From NCBI GenBank assembly GCA_030612025.1, contig JAUWOR010000002.1, positions 1 through 64,000 of the forward strand: 64,000 bases of DNA, given 5' to 3'. The notes under the pieces were generated by a model. The model had not been told where the DNA came from, made no database searches, and saw only the letters and a list, made by a program, of their open reading frames with translations. Source of the stretch: Dehalococcoidia bacterium (lineage in GTDB: Bacteria > Chloroflexota > Dehalococcoidia > GIF9 > AB-539-J10). The position numbers and the translations under genes are program-made. Of this stretch, positions 20,093 through 30,900 are shown in pieces (the stretch's first letter is position 1; every line of letters begins with the position of its first letter).

Positions 20093-20121
20093 TTGACGCT
20101 TACAGCTTGCCAGGCTAGACT
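20093..20121 (+). promoter_or_regulatory. Putative sigma70 promoter of pyk
   Basis: TTGACG-17 nt-TAGACT. Confidence 0.6.
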
Positions 20122-20182
20122 CTACCCAACGAATTGGGGGTAGTCACCATTCAGGTGTTAGGTAATGGAGGGCCGTAACTAG

Positions 20183-21619
20183 ATGATTTCAGACCCGAAC
20201 TTATTTAGAAAAACCAAGATAGTCTGCACCATCGGGCCAGCAAGTGGTTCAGCCCAGATGATAGAAAAGTTGGCTTTGGTTGGGATGAATGTAGCCCGCC
20301 TTAATTTTTCTCATGGTACCTATGAGCAGCATGCCACGCATATAGAAGCCATTCGCCGGGTTTCATCAAAGTTAAGCTTACCATTGGCCATCCTGCAAGA
20401 CCTGCCCGGCCCAAAGATTAGAACCGGTAGGCTGAAAGCAGAGACAGTATGGTTGAAGGAAGGCGACGATTTCACCCTCACCAACAAGGGGATTGTAGGT
20501 GATGAGCACATAGCATCGGTGAGCCTCGCCTCGCTACCTAACGACGTTAGCCCTGGTAACATTATATTCCTAAATGATGGCGCAATTAAGCTAGAAGTGG
20601 TAAGCACCACCAATAGCGAAATCAGGTGCAAGGTAGTCGTTGGCGGGATACTTGCTTCAAAGAGAGGCGTCAATATACCTAGCGTGAGGCTCAATGTGCC
20701 GTCCATTACTGATGAAGACTTAAGCCACTTGCTCTTTGGCCTCGAGCACGGAGTGGATTTCGTCGCTCTTTCGTTTGTCAGGGAAGTAGGCAATGTGCGA
20801 CAGGTAAGGCAGTTTTTGCAAGCAAAAGGGGCAGATGTGCCACTTATCGCCAAGATTGAGAAGCACGAGGCAGTGGGTAACATTGATGAAATCATCGCCG
20901 AGGCAGATGGTATAATGGTAGCTCGCGGTGATTTAGGAGTAGAGATACCCCTAAAAAGAGTGCCACTAGTACAGAAGGAGATCATATCCAAGTGCAACCG
21001 TGTCGGCAAGCCTGTCATTGTAGCCACCCAGATGCTGCAATCAATGATACATTCCCCATTCCCTACACGCGCCGAGGTTAGCGATGTTGCCAATGCCATT
21101 CTCGACGGCACAGATGCAATTATGCTCTCAGGGGAAACGGCTATCGGGAAATATCCGAAAGAGGCTACTCTGATGATGAGGCAAATTGCCCTCGAGACTG
21201 AGATGGCCTTACCTTATCACCGCATCTTATCAGAGAAGACAGAAACCGTCATGCCTCAGACTGATGATGCCATAAGCTATGCTGCCTGCCATATAGCTGA
21301 GCAGCTTGGGGCAGCGGGCATCATAGCCTATACTACCTCAGGGAGCACGGCCCAGCGAGTAGCCAAGTATCGCCCCAAAGCACCCATCCTGGCCATTGCT
21401 CCAAAGGATAGCGTCAGAAAAAAACTCGCACTCTATTGGGGAGTCTACCCTTACCAAGTCCCCGAATATACCAGTGTAGAGGAAATGTTTGAAAAAGGAG
21501 CACAGCTAGCTATCAGACTGGGTTTAGCCAAGAGTGGTGATCTTGTCGTTGTGACCGCTGGCGTCCCCCTTAGAGTGCCGGGAAGCACTAACATGCTCAA
21601 GGTCCAAAAGATTGCTTGA
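20183..21619 (+). CDS. pyk: Pyruvate kinase
   Basis: TKIVCTIGPAS, ARLNFSHG, DLPGPKIR, AKIE, MVARGDLG, ATQML, MLSGETA. Confidence 0.97.
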   Translation: MISDPNLFRKTKIVCTIGPASGSAQMIEKLALVGMNVARLNFSHGTYEQHATHIEAIRRVSSKLSLPLAILQDLPGPKIRTGRLKAETVWLKEGDDFTLTNKGIVGDEHIASVSLASLPNDVSPGNIIFLNDGAIKLEVVSTTNSEIRCKVVVGGILASKRGVNIPSVRLNVPSITDEDLSHLLFGLEHGVDFVALSFVREVGNVRQVRQFLQAKGADVPLIAKIEKHEAVGNIDEIIAEADGIMVARGDLGVEIPLKRVPLVQKEIISKCNRVGKPVIVATQMLQSMIHSPFPTRAEVSDVANAILDGTDAIMLSGETAIGKYPKEATLMMRQIALETEMALPYHRILSEKTETVMPQTDDAISYAACHIAEQLGAAGIIAYTTSGSTAQRVAKYRPKAPILAIAPKDSVRKKLALYWGVYPYQVPEYTSVEEMFEKGAQLAIRLGLAKSGDLVVVTAGVPLRVPGSTNMLKVQKIA

Positions 21620-21732
21620 GGTTCCGGATTCTGCTTTGGAAATTCACCTGAGTTTTCTTATCCTAGGTATATAGAAGTCCTTACCCACCCTGGTAATGTA
21701 GAACTCCCCTTCCTTTAGGAAGTAGCGCTCGT

Positions 21733-22971
21733 CTAAGCAGAGAGCGACCTCAGTTTGTTTACCAAGATACCAAGCAAATGCACTACCATTCCAACAATCG
21801 AGCGTGTGGAAACAATAGCATTGAAACGACATGCCTCGTGGCAGCACATACATTGTATGCAGAGACTCGGATTTATCCTTGCTGTCTTGCTTGCTACTGA
21901 GATAGCACCCGCCGGACAGATTTTCTCGCACTCGCGGCATCCTGTGCACTGACTCTCTATTACCCGCGGCCTGACGGAAAGTTGACGCGTTACGAGTCTG
22001 GGCAAGAATCCAGGGGCCCTTTGTATGAACAAGTTAGTAGCGCTGACCGGAGCCTTGAAATCAGGAACGGCAATGCTTTCCAGCCTCTCTCCAACCACCT
22101 TGATATTATCAAGATTCCCAACCCCAAGACCTCTCTCATCGCAGTATCGGGTTGTGTAAATATCCATAGGCTTCAAACCAACCATCTTAGCCATCACTGC
22201 ATCAAGAGCCACCACCTCCTGACTGGCCAAGACAACCCCGAGTCTCCTCAGCCCCCCAGATGCCGGGCCTTCTCCTTCCATGGCAACAATGCCATCCATT
22301 ATCGTTAACTGTGGTCTGATAGCAGAGAAGATGTCTGTCAAAACCTGACTAAAATCCTCACTCTTCACATATTCACCGTGAAATCTTGTGCGAAGACCAC
22401 TGGGAATCATGCCATACATGTTCTTTACGCCGCCCGTAAGAACGGTGAGAGAATGCGTCTTCAATTTGGGAAGATTGATTATCACATCAGCATCCATGGC
22501 AATCTTGGACAGATATATCTTATCCAGGAAATGCCCGTTACACTCGACTTCTACAAATCCACCCTCTCTAAGATTGACCAACCTGACTCCCACTCTTTCG
22601 CACATCTGCCGAAAACCAGAGATGCTAAATCCGTCTGCGCCGTCAGACGCAATATCATCGCCTACCGTAACATTGTCACTAAACGTTTTCAGCAATCTCA
22701 AAACAGCTTCGGCAAAAACCGGATGCGTAACGATTCCTTTTTCCGGAGGAGATGGTGGCGGAAGGTGATTTATTTTGACAAAAACCCTGCTCCCGGGCTT
22801 AATCACTCTCTCCAACCCGCCTATCAGTTCAACACCTTTCTTCACCGCTTCATAAATCAGGTCGCAGTCATAATCCTGAACCTTTACTATGGACACCGTT
22901 GCATTCCTCAGCTTGGCATCCTTCAAAGAGGTAGACTCTCTCTCCTGCCTATCTACAAGCTTGTCCATCAT
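21733..22971 (-). CDS. DUF362 domain protein with C-terminal 2x[4Fe-4S] ferredoxin
   Basis: VFVKIN, THP, INLPKLKTH..LTGGVKN, DGIVAMEGEGP, CTGCRECEKICP / CIQCMCCHEAC; start approximate. Confidence 0.87.
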   Translation of the reverse strand: MMDKLVDRQERESTSLKDAKLRNATVSIVKVQDYDCDLIYEAVKKGVELIGGLERVIKPGSRVFVKINHLPPPSPPEKGIVTHPVFAEAVLRLLKTFSDNVTVGDDIASDGADGFSISGFRQMCERVGVRLVNLREGGFVEVECNGHFLDKIYLSKIAMDADVIINLPKLKTHSLTVLTGGVKNMYGMIPSGLRTRFHGEYVKSEDFSQVLTDIFSAIRPQLTIMDGIVAMEGEGPASGGLRRLGVVLASQEVVALDAVMAKMVGLKPMDIYTTRYCDERGLGVGNLDNIKVVGERLESIAVPDFKAPVSATNLFIQRAPGFLPRLVTRQLSVRPRVIESQCTGCRECEKICPAGAISVASKTARINPSLCIQCMCCHEACRFNAIVSTRSIVGMVVHLLGILVNKLRSLSA

Positions 22972-23032
22972 TTCCCTGCCACAATAGCAGTATAGCCCAT
23001 ATTTTAAGCCTTTTCCCACCCACTCTCCACCC

Positions 23033-23256
23033 TGTCATTGCCAGCCATCTCCATTCTGTCATCGCGAGCCATCCCCTTTCCGTCATTGCGAGCCATTTCC
23101 ATCACGTCAGTGCGAGCGCAGCGCGGCAATCTCACTATTCCTCTCTCCCCTGCTCCCTTCTGTCACTGCAAGCCATTTCCATCACGTCATTGCGAGCGGA
23201 GCGTGGCAATCTCAGCATTCCTCTCTCCCTGGAGGGAGAGAACTACAGTGAGGGGG
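23033..23256. repeat. Tandem degenerate GTCATTGCGAG units ending in a CCTCTCTCCC...GGGAGAG palindrome
   Basis: About six gtcattgc/gtcatcgc/gtcagtgc/gtcactgc starts in ~190 bp, two ending in gcaatct. Confidence 0.8.
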
Positions 23257-23399
23257 TATATTGTCCTCCCAGCATTGAATGCTGCATCCCTGAAAGCCAG
23301 CCATTCCATACAGCATTTTCTCTTTTTCAGGCGAAAACTTGTGACAACCTAGCTGTCATTGACATGTGCCATGCTATAATCTAATGGAAAGAGCAAGCT

Positions 23400-23903
23400 A
23401 TGGAGCAATGGCCTGATGCCTACCTTGATATAGAGACCACTGGCTTATCTCGTTTTTATGACTATATCACTGTAATCGGCATTTACCTCTGCAATAGCAG
23501 CCAGGATAAGCTCATTCAATTGGTAGGTGAACAAGTGACCACCGATAACCTTCTCAAGACTCTTGAAGGCGTAAATACGATTTATACCTATAACGGCAGC
23601 AGATTCGACCTGCCCTTCATTGATGCTTCTCTGGAGACAAACCTTGCCACTGAATTCCACCATCACGACCTGATGTACGACTGCTGGCGAAATTACCTAT
23701 ATGGCGGCTTCAAGGCGGTTGAGCAGCAATTAGGAATTCCCAGACAATTGAAAGGCATTGGTGGATTCGAGGCAGTGCTGCTATGGTGGCGATATCAGAA
23801 CGATGGTGACCAGAATGCTTTAGCTTTGCTGTTACAATATAATAAGGAGGATGTGGTAAATTTGAAGGCTCTGCGGGAGAGGCTGGATGGATGGAGAGTG
23901 TGA
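23400..23903 (+). CDS. YprB-like RNase H-fold (DEDD) exonuclease
   Basis: YLDIETTG, TYNGSRFDLPF, HHDL, GGFKAVE, YNKEDV. Confidence 0.85.
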   Translation: MEQWPDAYLDIETTGLSRFYDYITVIGIYLCNSSQDKLIQLVGEQVTTDNLLKTLEGVNTIYTYNGSRFDLPFIDASLETNLATEFHHHDLMYDCWRNYLYGGFKAVEQQLGIPRQLKGIGGFEAVLLWWRYQNDGDQNALALLLQYNKEDVVNLKALRERLDGWRV

Positions 23904-23972
23904 CAAGCTCTTGTGTCCTCCCACTCTACATCTACATCCAGCTATCCAAAAAGCAACATATCATAAGGAGGT

Positions 23973-24770
23973 TTGAATACAATGGATTATAAGGAATTAG
24001 AAAAAGGTATCAAATACTCTGAGGATAAGCGGCCGCCTAATCGGGCTTGGGAGTATACCTACCGCAGACTGAGACAGAGAGACATACAAGAGCCCGGTTA
24101 CTGGTTGCACCTCGAAAGAATGGATGTAACCCGACTAGCAACTGAAATAATTGATGGCTTCCTGAATCCTTGGAAATGCCGCCTTCCAAGACCTTGCACT
24201 GACAAGGGGTGGCAAGTCGTGATCAATCTAGAAAGGGCCGTACACCAGTTGCCTCAGTACTATGCGTCTCTGGCTACTTTTGGAATTGAGCACGTAGATT
24301 TCCAATGCCCCGTCACTCTCAAAGGCAAAAGGGAATCGATTCGGAACGTCATCGACTCGATATACTCTATCTTTCTTCAAATCGAAGGATTTGGCCCAAC
24401 GGCCGCGTCTAAGCTGATGCATATGGCTCTTCCTGATTTATTTGTCATGTGGGACGATGGCATTATTCAAAGGTATTGCATGCCAAAGCAGAAGTTACCT
24501 GGACTTAAGCAAGCCAAAAAGTCATATTTAGCCTTTCTAATTCTGATGCAGGAGAACATCCGCCATGTAATTGAGAGTTACCCACTGGCATCTGAACTCA
24601 CTGGCCCAGAAGTAGTTCAAAGTATCCAAGTAAAACACAACAATCTCTCCCTACCAAGACTACTTGATATGGCCAATATGGCAGTGCGGGATTGCGAACA
24701 AACTATCTGCATACCTTGCATGAAAAAGGCTAAAGACAAATGGGACAAGCTTGGGCTCGTGACTACCTAG
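23973..24770 (+). CDS. Hypothetical protein with HhH-like motif
   Basis: Strong RBS (AGGAGGT) before TTG; GFGPTAASKLMH..LP.LFVMWD resembles a helix-hairpin-helix followed by a conserved Asp. Confidence 0.55.
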   Translation: MNTMDYKELEKGIKYSEDKRPPNRAWEYTYRRLRQRDIQEPGYWLHLERMDVTRLATEIIDGFLNPWKCRLPRPCTDKGWQVVINLERAVHQLPQYYASLATFGIEHVDFQCPVTLKGKRESIRNVIDSIYSIFLQIEGFGPTAASKLMHMALPDLFVMWDDGIIQRYCMPKQKLPGLKQAKKSYLAFLILMQENIRHVIESYPLASELTGPEVVQSIQVKHNNLSLPRLLDMANMAVRDCEQTICIPCMKKAKDKWDKLGLVTT

Positions 24771-24850
24771 AACTTTAGTGACGAGGACTCTAATGAGTAA
24801 AGTACGGAAATGAAGCTCACCCACGATGGGTAGCCGAAACTGGAGCAACT

Positions 24851-26047
24851 ATGCCTATCTATTCTCATTCGCAGCTAAGTATGTATGAACAATGTCCCTT
24901 AAAGTACAAGCTTCGCTACCGGGACAGGATTAAACGGGACATTGAAGGCGTTGAGGGCTTCCTGGGCACGAGGGTTCATGATACTCTGAAGAAGTGTTAT
25001 GACAACCTCAGGTTTACCAGGATAAATAGCTTGAACGATTTGCGCGCCTACTATAATAAAATCTGGCAGGAGAACTGGCACGAATCAATCCTTATTATGA
25101 AGCAGGCCTTGACACGGGAAGACTACAGAGCCCTGGGTGAGAAGCTGATTAAAACTTACTATGAGCGCTATTCGCCCTTTGACTCGGATATGACCATAGG
25201 CACGGAGATGGGGCTCAATTTCTCCCTGGATGACGAGAACAAATACAGGATGACGGGCTACATAGACCGGCTGTCACGGGATAAAGATGATGTTTATCAA
25301 ATTCACGACTATAAGACATCAGCTCACCTGCCGAGCCAGGAAGACACAGACAATGACAGGCAGCTTGGCTTATACCATATTGGGATTCAGAAGAAGTGGC
25401 CAGATATTGAGAATATCAGGCTTATCTGGCACTACCTTGCTTTTGACAGAGAATTGGTTTCCTATCGTACCCCAGAAGCTATTTCAAATCTGATTCAAAA
25501 TACTAAGAGCTTAATTGACGAAATAGAGTCTGTTCGGGATTTCCCGCCATGTGAATCGCCCTTATGCGAATGGTGCGAGTATCCTGACCTCTGTCCGCTG
25601 AGAAAACATTTCATCAGGGTGGAAGCCCTACCTGTCAACGAGTATCTCAACGAGCCGGGAGTCGCGCTGGTTAACAAATATGTGGCTCTTAAGGATGAAG
25701 CGAAAAAGGTAGACCAGGAGACAGAGAAGGTAAAGGCGGCAATACTTGATTATGCTAGAAGAGAAGAGGTTGAAATCATAAAGGGCAGTGACTATAAAGC
25801 AAGGGTTAGATTTGATGAGAAACTAAGATTCCCGGGCAAGAATGATGAAGAGCGCCAGGAACTGGACGAGGTAATTAAGCAAGCAGGCAAATGGGCAGAG
25901 GTTTCCCAGCTTGATACCGCATCGCTCATCCGCGTCGTTGCGAACAATCTGTGGAACAAAGACTTAATTAATAAAGTCATGAAGTGCGGCAGAATTGAGG
26001 TGACCGATTCCATTCACATATCGAAATTAAAGGACAAGGAGAAGTAG
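24851..26047 (+). CDS. PD-(D/E)XK (RecB/Cas4-like) nuclease with probable Fe-S cysteines
   Basis: YSHSQL..YEQCP, GTRVH, GYIDRL, IHDYKT, QLGLY, CEWCEYPDLC. Confidence 0.88.
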   Translation: MPIYSHSQLSMYEQCPLKYKLRYRDRIKRDIEGVEGFLGTRVHDTLKKCYDNLRFTRINSLNDLRAYYNKIWQENWHESILIMKQALTREDYRALGEKLIKTYYERYSPFDSDMTIGTEMGLNFSLDDENKYRMTGYIDRLSRDKDDVYQIHDYKTSAHLPSQEDTDNDRQLGLYHIGIQKKWPDIENIRLIWHYLAFDRELVSYRTPEAISNLIQNTKSLIDEIESVRDFPPCESPLCEWCEYPDLCPLRKHFIRVEALPVNEYLNEPGVALVNKYVALKDEAKKVDQETEKVKAAILDYARREEVEIIKGSDYKARVRFDEKLRFPGKNDEERQELDEVIKQAGKWAEVSQLDTASLIRVVANNLWNKDLINKVMKCGRIEVTDSIHISKLKDKEK

Positions 26048-26130
26048 GGGATATAGGCTCAGGCAAGGAGCGGTGAAACCACGCAGGTTGACTGGCCCGA
26101 CAAGAGGTGTCCATCCACAGGCCTCTTCTT

Positions 26131-26596
26131 TGTCATTGCGAGCCAAAGGCGTGGCAATCTCACTTCGCAGCGGGGGTTTATCTCCGCCTGTACCTCACCA
26201 GATAAGGGGACGGGCGGACGAGGGCACCCTTTTGGTTGGGGACGAGCCCCAACCCCACAAGATTGCTTCGTCGCTTATGCTCCTCGCAATGACAGGAAGG
26301 AAGCGCTCCCCGCGATGATAGAAAGGAGGCATCCACCGCGATGACAGGAAAGGCGGCAATGATAAGAGGGAAAGCTATGTGTCATTGAGCATACGAATGA
26401 GTACACTCGCTTGCTGTGTAGGAGCTATCAGCGTAAAATCCTGCTTATAGAGGGGTAAAGAAATGGAGCAGGTGAAGTTAGAGGAACTTCCTAAGGAGAC
26501 CTTGATAGAATTGGCAAGAATGTATGCTCGAAACTGGCAAACTTTAGATGGGCTGTGGTTTCGAAACGTTGAAGCCCAATACGGGCTTGAAGCTGC
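26131..26596 (+). repeat. Direct repeat copy 1 (repeat cluster + promoter + first 45 codons of a DUF6125 gene)
   Basis: Aligns with 34067-34455 with scattered substitutions and indels; contains TTGCTG-17-TAAAAT (26411-26439). Confidence 0.9.
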
Positions 26597-27401
26597 CGAA
26601 GCTAAAATACAATCTTTCATTGAGATGCTGGGCAATGATGCCAGGCTGCTAACGGAAGGCGAAGAAATCAAGTCGCATGACCTCTTTACCCGCCTGACCT
26701 CAAAGAAAACCATCACCGGTGAAGACGAAACCGAACAGAGCGAGTTGAAGTACTTACAGGTTATCCGAAATATCCGCGATAACGAACCGCATTTATTTGA
26801 AAAGATTAAACGCCTGCCTAAAAAAGCTCGTACTGCCAGAACTAACGAAAACAAAGATAATACTCTGCTTACCTACTTCCGCAAGGGCAAGCTGCAAAAA
26901 TTCTATCTTTCACAAAATCAGTCAACTCGAGAATCAGATTTCTTCTCCACCGCCAGGCAACTCGAAGTGGATAAAGACACCCAACGCCAGTCTATCCCCC
27001 AGGATTATTACGACCTGTTAGACATGAACAAGAAAGCATTCCAATTAGCTACTACCGAAGAGGCGCCGGTGACAAAAATGAAAGGCGGCCGGGATACTGC
27101 TACCTTCGTGCTTAAATTCCTGAAGTCCAATCAAATTAAACACTTCCAGGGTTATACCGAGGGTGATGAGCTTTACATCAAACAGGTCATTAAACTCATA
27201 GAGGAGGGAGGTCTGCCTAAACAAACCACCAAAACGCTGCAAAAAGAATTGAGCGAAGAGCTAAACCCGATAAGAATACTGGGGATACTGAAAAAGAATA
27301 TTCCCTCAGAGTTTTTCAAAGAGCCCGTGGCTGAGGGTGCCGCTCAAACTTCGGGCCCCAGAGAGGTAATCCTTTCCGAATACCTCATAAGCACACAATA
27401 G
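26463..27401 (+). pseudogene. Chimeric ORF: DUF6125 N-terminus fused in frame to the C-terminal tail of a probable RM-associated helicase
   Basis: Residues 1-45 match 34322..34840; after LEAA the sequence (EAKIQSFIEMLGNDARLL...RLPKKARTAR...REVILSEYL) resembles, from memory, the tail of PLD/SNF2 helicases that precede Eco57I-like methyltransferases; no helicase motifs remain. Confidence 0.7.
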
Positions 27402-27406
27402 TAATA

Positions 27407-27895
27407 ATGAAGAAACATCAAAACAATTATGCTTTCATCGATGGACAGAATCTCAACCTATCCATACAGGAGTTGGGGTGGAAACTGGATTTCAGAAAAT
27501 TCAGAATCTATTTGAGTGAAAAATATAGTGTCGGCACAGCATACTATTTTATTGGCTTCGTTGAAGGGAACAATGACTTATATGTCTCGCTTCAATCAGC
27601 AGGATATATTCTGATTTTCAAGCCAACACTTAAATTACCAAATGAAAAAGTGAAAGGTACCGTCGATGCCGAACTGGTATTACAAGCAATGATTGATCTG
27701 AACAAATACCAACAAGCGATAATTGTAACCGGTGACGGCGACTTTGCGTGTCTGGCTGCATACCTGCGCAAGGCAGATAAACTGCAATGCGTATTAGTCC
27801 CAAACATAAATAAATATTCCGCTTTACTGAAAAAAGCGGCTCAAAAACGCATCGCCTTTATGAATGATTTAAAGAAAAAATTGGAGTATAAATGA
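27407..27895 (+). CDS. NYN (LabA/DUF88, PIN-like) domain ribonuclease
   Basis: AFIDGQNL, KGTVDAELV, IVTGDGDF, YSALL acidic-site motifs. Confidence 0.9.
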   Translation: MKKHQNNYAFIDGQNLNLSIQELGWKLDFRKFRIYLSEKYSVGTAYYFIGFVEGNNDLYVSLQSAGYILIFKPTLKLPNEKVKGTVDAELVLQAMIDLNKYQQAIIVTGDGDFACLAAYLRKADKLQCVLVPNINKYSALLKKAAQKRIAFMNDLKKKLEYK

Positions 27896-27946
27896 AAAGA
27901 ACCCTATAAGGACAGAACCTTATAGAGGTCTTTCCGTCGTGATTCT
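27896..27946 (-). ncRNA. Candidate small structured RNA convergent on the NYN gene
   Basis: Lies directly downstream of a minus-strand promoter; long stem ending in a U-run; 5' GACGGAA complementary to loop UUCUGUC; wobble pairs work only on the minus strand. Confidence 0.5.
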
Positions 27947-27952
27947 AGTATA

Positions 27953-27980
27953 AGTATAACAGATACATATATTTTGTCAA
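27953..27980 (-). promoter_or_regulatory. Near-consensus antisense sigma70 promoter
   Basis: Minus strand TTGACA (27980-75) -16 nt- TATACT (27958-53) with extended -10 TG. Confidence 0.7.
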
Positions 27981-27993
27981 ATAGGTTGTTTGC

Positions 27994-30900
27994 ATGGATA
28001 AACAAGCCGCCGCAAAAATCATCAGGGATACTTTTGAAAAACCCTTTGACAAGGGACGATTTATCACCTTTAGTAAAAACCTCGTCAATTATCTGGACGA
28101 CTCAAAGAACTTTACTTATCGAGGGAATATTATCCCCGATGCCTACGAGCCATATATCCATACCCTTGAGCGGATAGGCAAATATCAGGATGCCAATGAC
28201 AACAAGATAGACATCCTCATCGCCCAGCTCAAAAAGGAAACTTCCCTTGAGCATGCCCGCACCATGCAAAGAAATTTTATTGCCTGGTATCTCAACGGCA
28301 GCCGTGGCGGCGACCTTAAAGATGCTGCCCTTGTCGCTTTTGTCTCTCCCGATTCAGAAGACTGGCGCTTTTCCCTGGTAAAAATGGATTACCTCCTTGA
28401 AGAATCGCCCAGCGGAAAGACAAAAGTAAAAACAGAACTCACCCCTGCTCGCAGGTTTTCCTTCCTGGTCGGTGTGAATGAAAGCAGCCATACCGCACAG
28501 AGCCAATTAGTCGATATTCTGGCAGATGATAGAAATAATCCCACGCTCCCTACTTTGCAAAATGCCTTCAATATTGAGGTAGCCACCAAAGAATTCTTTA
28601 ATAGGTATCGCGACCTTCTCTACAAAGTTAATGAAGAACTTGATAAGCTAGTTGCCAGGGATAAGACTATCAGCCAGGAATTTGATGATAACGGCATAGA
28701 TACCATCAATTTCGCCAAGAAACTGCTCGGGCAGATTGTCTTCCTGTATTTCTTGCAAAAGAAAGGATGGCTTGGAGTCCCGGAAAATAAAAACTGGGGC
28801 CAAGGCGCTAGAAAATTCCTGCGGAATCTGTTTGAAAGGTGTAGACGAGAAAAGCGGAATTTCTTTAATGACTACCTGGAATTTTTATTTTATGATGCCC
28901 TAAACAGACAGGACAGAGGTGGCATTGACCCTAGTTACTATCACAGATTTGACTGCCGTATCCCATTTCTAAACGGAGGTTTGTTCAACAGCGATTACGA
29001 CTGGGTTAAAACGGACATCGTCATCCCAAATGATATTTTCTCCAACCGCAAGACTGCCAGTGATGAAGGTAGTGGCATTCTGGATATCTTTGACCTCTAC
29101 AATTTCACCGTTAAGGAAGACGAGCCGTTAGAAAAAGAAGTGGCAGTTGACCCAGAAATGCTGGGCAAGGTTTTTGAGAACCTTCTGGAGGTTAAAGCCC
29201 GTAAGTCCAAAGGTACCTATTATACCCCTCGTGAGATTGTTCATTATATGTGCCAGGAGAGCCTCATTAACTACCTGGATACCGTAATTAACACTGGCGA
29301 TGTTCCATTGGTACATACTCCTCCGCCTCAAGGAAAATTGCTCGGAAAGCCAGACCCCCAACAAGCAGCGTTGAAAACTCCTCAATACAGAGTTCTAGTC
29401 CCTCGGGAAGATATCGAAGAGTTCGTTCGTAAGGGTGAATCTACCATTGAGCATGATAGCCGAGTCGAGAGTCATGGTAAAGAAACCGAGCGCTATTCCT
29501 ACAAACTTCCCGAAAGCATCCGTCACAATGTGAAATTGGTTGACGAAGAACTAGCCAATATCCGTGTCTGCGACCCTGCAGTCGGCTCTGGGGCATTTCT
29601 AGTCGGCATGATGATGGAAGTTGTCCGCGCCAGAAATACGCTTACCACATACTTAGCAGATAAGGAAGGTAGAACCAACTACAACTTCAAGCGCCATGCT
29701 ATTCAAAATTGCCTTTACGGAGTGGACATAGACCCCGGCGCAGTAGAGATTGCCAAGCTCCGGCTCTGGCTTTCACTGGTAGTTGATGAAGAAGATATCA
29801 GGCAAATTCAGCCTTTGCCAAACCTGGACTACAAGATCGTCTGTGGCAACTCGCTTCTGGGTGTGGAGAAAAACTTATTCAATCTGGAGCTATTCAATAA
29901 CCTCGAGAATTTGAAATCACTCTACTTCAACGAAACCAACACCAAGAGGAAGCAGGAATACAGGAGCCAAATTGATGACTTAATCAGACAGATTACAAAC
30001 GACAACGAGAACTTCGATTTTGAAGTGTACTTTTCTGAAATCTTCCACGGAGATAATAAAGGCTTTGATGTGGTGATTGCCAATCCACCATATATTGAAG
30101 CACGGGGAATACAACAAAAGCATGTAGACACATATAGGAGGTTATTCAAGACTGCCGGTAATAGAGTTAACACTTTTGCTTTCTTTGTGGAAAAAGGAAT
30201 AGAACTTCTGAATAATGAGAGAATTCTTTCTTTCATCATCCATAGAAATTCAATACGTTCAAATGATTATAGGAAACTTAGGAAGTTCATACTTGATAAT
30301 ACCAAAATCAAGAACATCTTGAGTTTTAAAATCGGAGTCTTTGAGGAGGTGACTGGTGAGGTGGTAGTTTTGGTTCTACAGAAAACCAAGAATAATCAAG
30401 GAAATACAATTAAAGTGGATTTCCTGAATAATACTATTACTCAAGAATTTAACTATACACTTCTTGAGCAAGACGTGTTTAATAATCTTCCTGACTACAG
30501 ATTCAATATTTATCTGAATCGTTCACGGATACAAGTGTTAGACAATATGAATAAGCATCATAGGCTTGAAGAATTTGCTGACGTTAAGCAAGGTATTATC
30601 GTTGGTAATGAGAAGAAATATATCAAGACATATCAACAATCTTCTAAATACAAACCAATCCTTAGAGGTAAGAACGTATCTAAGTATAGGATAAATTTCC
30701 AAGGTGAATATTTATATTATGTCACTGGAACAAGAATATTAACGAGAGGTAAGACGAAGGACTTATTCGAAATTCCTGAAAAAATTCTAACGCAGCATGT
30801 ATCTTCAAAGATTGTAGCAGCATTGGATACTAACAACTATTATTATCTTCAAACAATTAATGGGATAACCAGCAAAAAGGAAACCATTACAAATAGGTAT

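Noticed and set aside
20160-20195. Fluoride riboswitch-like GGTAATGGAG upstream of pyk
   Set aside because: Lacks the P1 complement and the conserved downstream elements; more simply the RBS region
20320-22995. Long antisense ORFs (20320..21111, 22378..22995) and other shadow ORFs, including 63594..63965
   Set aside because: Opposite-strand shadows of well-supported genes (pyk, DUF362, nusB) with no motifs
23033-23256. Possible CRISPR array (repeated GTCATTGCGAG, near a Cas4-like nuclease)
   Set aside because: Units are degenerate and irregularly spaced with no unique equal-length spacers; no cas1/cas2; the same motif is dispersed elsewhere as a palindromic repeat
23342-23380. TTGACA...TATAAT promoter and TGACA-N7-TGTCA operator before the exonuclease gene
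   Set aside because: TTGACA is only 10 nt from TATAAT; an extended -10 promoter is plausible but the operator cannot be supported
24851-26047. cas4 call
   Set aside because: Stand-alone RecB-like PD-(D/E)XK protein with a long C-terminal extension and no CRISPR context
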